IMG/VR virus record: IMGVR_UViG_3300027736_001324
Coordinates: 199,710 to 263,709 of that record
Length of the DNA: 64,000 nt
Direction: 5' to 3' (one strand)
Below are positions 58,910 to 64,000 of the stretch, piece after piece (positions within the stretch are counted from its first letter, which is position 1; each line of letters begins with the position of its first letter). Position numbers and translations under genes: made by a program. The notes under the pieces are model-generated. The model ran no database searches and was not told where the DNA came from. It saw only the letters and a program-made list of their open reading frames with translations.

Positions 58910-60442
58910 ATGCGTGAACTTATTAATATTATTGAACAACTGAATGAAAGCACTGGACTAGCTGGACGTAAACCCGGTGACGTTTTTAAAAACGAAAACG
59001 GTGAGGAGGCAATATTTAATGATATTAAATTCTTCCCCGAAGGTGGAGGAAAATACTCACCCGAAGAACTAGATCAGGCTCTGGGTGAAATTGAACAACA
59101 AGTTCCAGGAATTGTTTGGCAAAACAGTCGTTCTGGACGTACAGGTGGATTTGCAATAATCTCATTCGGTAACTTTGTTATTGGCCAATATCTACAGGAA
59201 GTTAAACCTTCTATTACTGATAACAAAGTATCAAATACATTTACAGTAGATGGTGCAACTTATAAGTTCGGTGGCAAGGCTGCTGCCAAAGCTGATGCAG
59301 GATTAAGTCCACAAGATTTGTTAACGGATAAACTTGATTTAACTATTCCAAAGATAATGAATCAACTTGCTAGCAGTCTAGGAACTGATAACCCACTATA
59401 CTCTTTAGCACATAATATCGCAATGGGACAACCATTGCCCATAACATTTGATGCTCCAGAGGGAGTTAGTTTTACTGCGTTCCGTGATTATTTCTGTGAA
59501 ATATTACAACCAATAGCATTGCAAAAAGGTCAATACACGGGTAACGCAGGTGAGGCTGCAAATAAGTTTTTAGGTGGATCATTCCAAAAAACATTAATCA
59601 GTTTTGATGATAGCAAAACCGCAGGACTAAGCGATAGTGTTATGTCTACTAGAGATGGTCGTAGCGTACTGGTAAGTACTAAAGGTGGCAAAGGTGCTAC
59701 CGCTAGCGCATCAAACTTAATTGACCAAATTGATAAGATTGCAGAAACGCCAGATGGTGGAAAATTCTTAAACAAACACAAACAAATAGTTGACTTACTA
59801 CGTGAGATACAAGATGCAGGGCAAGCAGGTGCTCCATTAATGTTGGGTGTAAGATATGGTATCATCAGTCCTGATGATGCTGAAATGATTAGAGCATTTA
59901 AAAAGTTAAGTCCAGTTAGCTTAGACAATCTTGGTCAACTTGGTCTTAGTGAGAACTTAACAAAATTGGCACAATCACGTAACACAGATGATCCAGATAA
60001 TGTAAACTTATATTATCACTTGATGGCAGCAGTGGCACATAAAGCTGCTGAGAAAGTTAATGACAAAACTAAATTCAGTTCTGCTGCTGCTGATATATTA
60101 AACAACGGTGCATTAGTGCAAATGTATACCAAAGCAAATGAGGGCAAAGGTAAATGGACTTTGCAAGAATTCAATACAGTTTATCCAGGTAAAAGCATCA
60201 AGGGTGTTTATCTCTCAGCAGGTAAAACATATTACTCTACTGGTATAAAGGGTAACTATACATTCAAAATTGATAAAGGTTCAGGTAAACCCAAAGATGA
60301 TGAAGAAACAACTACCACACCTGCTGCAAGAGTAAAACGTGAAAAGAATGCAGGCAAAGATGAGTTAGCAACATCAGCAAGAGATATCATTAATCCTGTT
60401 AATAAGCCAAGAGAAACTGGCACTAGGACTAAACGTAAATAA
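58910..60442 (+). CDS. Probable virion cargo protein with possible PD-(D/E)xK-like domain
   Basis: GATAAATA at 58895; MRELINIIEQLNE start; EIL...LSDS...VSTK. Confidence 0.6.
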   Translation: MRELINIIEQLNESTGLAGRKPGDVFKNENGEEAIFNDIKFFPEGGGKYSPEELDQALGEIEQQVPGIVWQNSRSGRTGGFAIISFGNFVIGQYLQEVKPSITDNKVSNTFTVDGATYKFGGKAAAKADAGLSPQDLLTDKLDLTIPKIMNQLASSLGTDNPLYSLAHNIAMGQPLPITFDAPEGVSFTAFRDYFCEILQPIALQKGQYTGNAGEAANKFLGGSFQKTLISFDDSKTAGLSDSVMSTRDGRSVLVSTKGGKGATASASNLIDQIDKIAETPDGGKFLNKHKQIVDLLREIQDAGQAGAPLMLGVRYGIISPDDAEMIRAFKKLSPVSLDNLGQLGLSENLTKLAQSRNTDDPDNVNLYYHLMAAVAHKAAEKVNDKTKFSSAAADILNNGALVQMYTKANEGKGKWTLQEFNTVYPGKSIKGVYLSAGKTYYSTGIKGNYTFKIDKGSGKPKDDEETTTTPAARVKREKNAGKDELATSARDIINPVNKPRETGTRTKRK

Positions 60443-60455
60443 GTAGGAGGTTATC

Positions 60456-61184
60456 GTGGCAGCTTGTAAATTTGACTGGTCATCAATAAATCGCTACGAA
60501 TTAAACGATTACATTTGGTCGATGCATCCTAAAGTAATTAACAAAGAAATGACTATTGCAAATTTTCATAGACTAGTAGGAAATCACATAAAGAAACATA
60601 TCCCTATTAAATTAAAAAAATGGAGAGATAGTGATGTTGAAAACAATTGCACTTGGGTCGGTGGTGCTTACTACAGTGATTTAGATAAACAAAAACAAAA
60701 ATCAATTGAATTAGTACTTGTTTATAAGAGTAGAGAAAATTCAATTAAGATAACTCCACTTAATTTTCAAAGGTCATGTCGTACTATTACTCATACAATA
60801 ATGCATGAAATAATTCATATGCGACAATATCGCCGTAGAAAATTTAAAGAGTTACCCGATTATAATAGCACCGCTAAAAAAACAGAGCAACGAGAAGAAC
60901 AATCTTATCTTGGATGTAGTGATGAGATTGATGCGTATGGATTCAATATAGCCTGTGAATTGTTATGGAAATTCAATAATGACACGGATAAAGTAATTTC
61001 ATACCTCAATGAGGACCAAAGAGGTAAACGCAGAAAACATAACAGTTGGAGATTGTATTTAAAAGCATTCAATCACGACCACGAGCATCCAATCATAAAA
61101 CGGGTAAAACAAAAGGTTGTACGATACTTACCAAATGCAATGTATGGTAAACCCTATCGCAATAAAGATTGGATAAATCATTAA
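60456..61184 (+). CDS. HExxH zincin-like protein
   Basis: TIMHEIIHMRQY...YLG..DEIDAY. Confidence 0.7.
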   Translation: MAACKFDWSSINRYELNDYIWSMHPKVINKEMTIANFHRLVGNHIKKHIPIKLKKWRDSDVENNCTWVGGAYYSDLDKQKQKSIELVLVYKSRENSIKITPLNFQRSCRTITHTIMHEIIHMRQYRRRKFKELPDYNSTAKKTEQREEQSYLGCSDEIDAYGFNIACELLWKFNNDTDKVISYLNEDQRGKRRKHNSWRLYLKAFNHDHEHPIIKRVKQKVVRYLPNAMYGKPYRNKDWINH

Positions 61185-61241
61185 CCATAATAGTTGCAAC
61201 TAGCTAAATTTTCTGTTATACTTACAATTTTAAGGAAGTAT

Positions 61242-61829
61242 ATGAGTTTAGTACCAATGGTTTTAGAACAAACAAGCAAAGGTGAGCGTAGTTATGATAT
61301 CTACAGCCGCATGTTGCGTGACCGTGTAATTTTGCTTGAGGGAGAAGTACATGATCAAATGGCAAATCTTGTTGTTGCACAATTGCTTTACTTGGAAAGC
61401 GAAGGTGAGAAAGATATTAGTGTTTACATTAATAGCCCTGGTGGTAGTGTAACTGCTGGTATGGCAATCTATGATTGTATGCAATTCATTAAACCCGAAG
61501 TTATGACTATCGTTATGGGTCAGGCTTGTTCAATGGGTAGTTTACTTGCACAAGCAGGTGCTAAGGGAAAGCGTTATATGTTGCCTAATTCTCGGCACAT
61601 GATTCATCAACCCTCAGGTGGCGCACGTGGTCAAGCTACTGATATGGAAATTCAAGTTAAAGAAATTCTAGCTATGAAAAAGAGTCTTACTCAAATCTAT
61701 GTTGACCACAATAGTGTTGGTAAGACATACGAGGAACTAGCTAAAGATATGGAACGTGACTTCTTTATGAGTGCTACTGAAGCAGTACAATATGGATTAG
61801 CTGATTCTGTATTGAAAAAGCGCCCGTAA
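61242..61829 (+). CDS. clpP: Clp protease proteolytic subunit ClpP
   Basis: [32 protein letters not shown] (catalytic Ser), MIHQP (catalytic His), ERD.FMSA.EA..YG. Confidence 0.97.
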   Translation: MSLVPMVLEQTSKGERSYDIYSRMLRDRVILLEGEVHDQMANLVVAQLLYLESEGEKDISVYINSPGGSVTAGMAIYDCMQFIKPEVMTIVMGQACSMGSLLAQAGAKGKRYMLPNSRHMIHQPSGGARGQATDMEIQVKEILAMKKSLTQIYVDHNSVGKTYEELAKDMERDFFMSATEAVQYGLADSVLKKRP

Positions 61830-61833
61830 TAGT

Positions 61834-62956
61834 ATGGACTATTTAATTAAGGTATACTGGCATGACGGTACCTCTACAACGCAAATTGTAAGAGGTAAAT
61901 CAGAAAGTCATGCACTTAAGGACCTTCAATATGAATATAGTTTGTGTAAACAGATTAAGGATCTTGATGGGCCAGTTTCGTTTGAGAGTTTAGGATTGCT
62001 TGATTCTATTACTCAAAAGAATTACTGGCAACCCACTAAGTCTAGTAGAAAACGATATTGGCACCCGTCAACTAGTAGTTTAACTTCACTAATGAAGGGT
62101 GTTCAACCTCTATATAAAATAGAAAATGAATTAAACAATCCCAGAGGTTGACATTAAATGGGTTTGGGTATATAATACGTGTATGCTTAAAAATGATACA
62201 CTACAATGGGGCGGGGTTTTCTTTGTTATCGCAGGGCATTTGCTCAATGCGATGGGAAATATGGACCCTTACAATATAATTGCTTTTGCTTTCGGGACGA
62301 TTTTCTTCCTAATTTGGGCGTTGCGTGTCCGCAACAACCCCCAAATTCTGGTGAATATTGTCTCAATCGTCATTTGTGCTAGTGGCCTATTCAGGGCCGC
62401 GACTTGACATTAAATGGTTTTGGGTATATAATATAGACTTAGACAGTTAAGAACAGGACTAGAAAATGCGTACAAAAACAGTGATTGAAGGCTTCAAAAA
62501 TTCACAAAAATTCCGTGTGATTTTCAAGGGCGATGGCTCTGAAAACGACATTGGAATGTATATGACGGTCAAGCAAATGACCGAACAATTTGCTACAGTT
62601 AACGCCCGTGCTACTTGCTGGGACGCACTTTTGCAGTTGGCAAATATGCGTTATTTTGCTAAGGTTGACGGGAAACCAGTCCCCACCGGACTCGGAACTA
62701 CGATTCGCGGCAAGCAAATTCAAGTGGACCTAGTATAATGTACAATTTACTTTACATGGTTGTGGTAGCACAATCTCAAATGACATTTTTCCTAGGAAAC
62801 TATAATGATTTACCTAGTTGTCAGAATGCTATCCACGAAATCTACGCAACCAGACTAAATCTACCCAATCAACGCAACCCTGATTTGGAGAAAATTATCC
62901 AAAAACAGATGGAATTAAACCGGGAATTCGTCTGTATTCCGGTGAAAAAGGGTTGA
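61834..62956 (+). other. Four small hypothetical ORFs (61834-62151, 62183-62407 membrane, 62466-62738, 62738-62956)
   Basis: Two of the four lie directly behind repeat promoters. Confidence 0.65.
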
Positions 62957-63014
62957 CAGTAAATGGTTTTGGGTATATAATAGAGTCTTAATCAGTTAAT
63001 TAAAGGACAAGAAA

Positions 63015-63332
63015 ATGACAGATACAGAATTCGACACTAAATTTGACTACTACGAAACCGTTCGTGAGGAGTTGGGATTGAGTGCTATTTGGTCAATCTT
63101 TGAGATTGAAAATCTCAGCGAACCCCATCCGTTCAAGGATGCAAAAATTGTTTCTTACAAGGTCTATCATGGTAAGGAATATCAGATTGAAATCAATGGT
63201 TCTACATGGGCCGCATTGTTTGTTGCGGCTAATGCTGTTATTCGTGATAGCCGCGACTATCATATTTTTATTGAAGCCTTCACCCCGAATAGCAAAAACC
63301 CTGAAATCCTAGAATTGCACACTGGTTCTTAA
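63015..63332 (+). CDS. Early hypothetical protein
   Basis: Behind the promoter at 62953, AAGGA RBS. Confidence 0.7.
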   Translation: MTDTEFDTKFDYYETVREELGLSAIWSIFEIENLSEPHPFKDAKIVSYKVYHGKEYQIEINGSTWAALFVAANAVIRDSRDYHIFIEAFTPNSKNPEILELHTGS

Positions 63333-63392
63333 TAGTTGACAACAAATGGTTTTGGTTATATAATAGAGTCTTAATCAGTTAATTACAGGAGT

Positions 63393-63881
63393 TTGAAAAT
63401 GGGTACACGTTCACGAATTGGTGTTATGCATGGTGACAAGCTGAAAAGCGTTTACTGTCATTGGGATGGTTATCTATCAAACAACGGCAAGATCCTGCAA
63501 GCACACTATGATAGTGCTAAGGCAAATCATCTGGTATCGCTTGGTTTTATCTCTAGCCTAAAAGAGAACATTGGCGAAAAGCACCCGTTCAGCCCGTTTG
63601 ATTTGCCTACTGAATTGCGTAACATGACACAAGGCGAGTTTGAGGCCGCATATGGCAACATGACTACATTTTACGGCCGTGATCGTGGTGAGTCTGGTGT
63701 TGACTTTACTGTGGACCAATCGTATGATGAATTTCTGAGCAAGGATTATGATTACGAATACTACTACATTATGAACGATGGTGTGTGGTATGTTGGTGTT
63801 GCGTATGATGTTGACGGCATGGTCCCTGGACAATTGTATGTCTTGGCTGAGCAATTGGCTAAGTTAACAGAGGAAGCATAA
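63393..63881 (+). CDS. Early conserved-looking phage protein
   Basis: MGTRSRIG...YCHWDGY motif; behind the promoter at 63336; may start at 63399. Confidence 0.75.
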   Translation: MKMGTRSRIGVMHGDKLKSVYCHWDGYLSNNGKILQAHYDSAKANHLVSLGFISSLKENIGEKHPFSPFDLPTELRNMTQGEFEAAYGNMTTFYGRDRGESGVDFTVDQSYDEFLSKDYDYEYYYIMNDGVWYVGVAYDVDGMVPGQLYVLAEQLAKLTEEA

Positions 63882-64000
63882 TGAACGAACGAATTAAAGC
63901 ACTTGTTGAACAGGCACGAAAATACGCAGACGAAAATCGTCCAGGATCCTTTGTAAAATATGATCCTGAATGGTTTGTTTTGTATAACGAAAAGTTCGCA
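63881..64000 (+). CDS. MNERI-family small protein, 3'-truncated
   Basis: MNERIKALVEQA...EKFA; runs off the window. Confidence 0.7.
   Translation, partial: MNERIKALVEQARKYADENRPGSFVKYDPEWFVLYNEKFA

Larger units (their letters stand above)
44918..63364 (+). promoter_or_regulatory. Family of six near-identical strong sigma70 early promoters
   Basis: TTGACA-17 bp-TATAAT with a shared spacer core AAATGG(A/G/T)TTTGG(G/T)TA at 44918, 45315, 62148, 62404, 62953, 63336. Confidence 0.92.

Noticed and set aside
175-63854. Numerous 60-170 aa antisense or alternate-frame ORFs in the track (e.g. 533-931, 20950-21450, 59530-59928)
   Set aside because: They are shadows of well-supported genes, with no RBS or recognisable motifs.
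1-64000. tRNA genes, expected given tilS
   Set aside because: No T-loop GTTCRA cloverleaf found by eye in the short intergenic gaps; tRNAscan-SE would be decisive.
1-64000. Stop-codon reassignment, as in some large phages
   Set aside because: Core genes (polymerase, ligase, ClpX) are full length in code 11, and TAA, TAG and TGA all end genes at sensible positions.

Overview
This window is 64 kb of an AT-rich, large T4-like (myovirus-type) bacteriophage genome read in standard code 11. Proteobacteria-like ClpP, IbpA and lipoprotein genes, sigma70 promoters and GGAG ribosome-binding sites suggest a proteobacterial host (inference). I found no tRNA, rRNA, CRISPR array, integrase or transposase. 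Layout: (i) 1-10.6 kb and 28.4-32.7 kb (minus) hold late, TAAATA-promoter genes for probable virion-internal cargo polyproteins. These start with a T4 capsid-targeting-like peptide, and their enzyme modules are separated by a QGVAEG linker encoded by a near-invariant 17-bp DNA repeat (10 copies). (ii) 11.2-15 kb is a replication core: DsbA-like protein, family B polymerase, sliding clamp. (iii) 15.4-28.4 kb is a 7-deazaguanine DNA-modification block (DpdA, DpdL-like, FolE, QueD, QueE) interleaved with two GT-B glycosyltransferases, an epimerase, nucleotidyltransferases and a methyltransferase. DpdA and one glycosyltransferase carry the same type of C-terminal clamp-binding motif as the polymerase. 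(iv) 32.8-55 kb has repair/replication genes (UvsE, RNase H, ligase) and many small early genes behind repeated sigma70 promoters. (v) 55.4-61.8 kb is a proteostasis/translation module: ClpX, bS21, Hsp20 with a ROSE-like leader, ClpS, ClpP. All family calls come from motif recognition by eye, not database searches.
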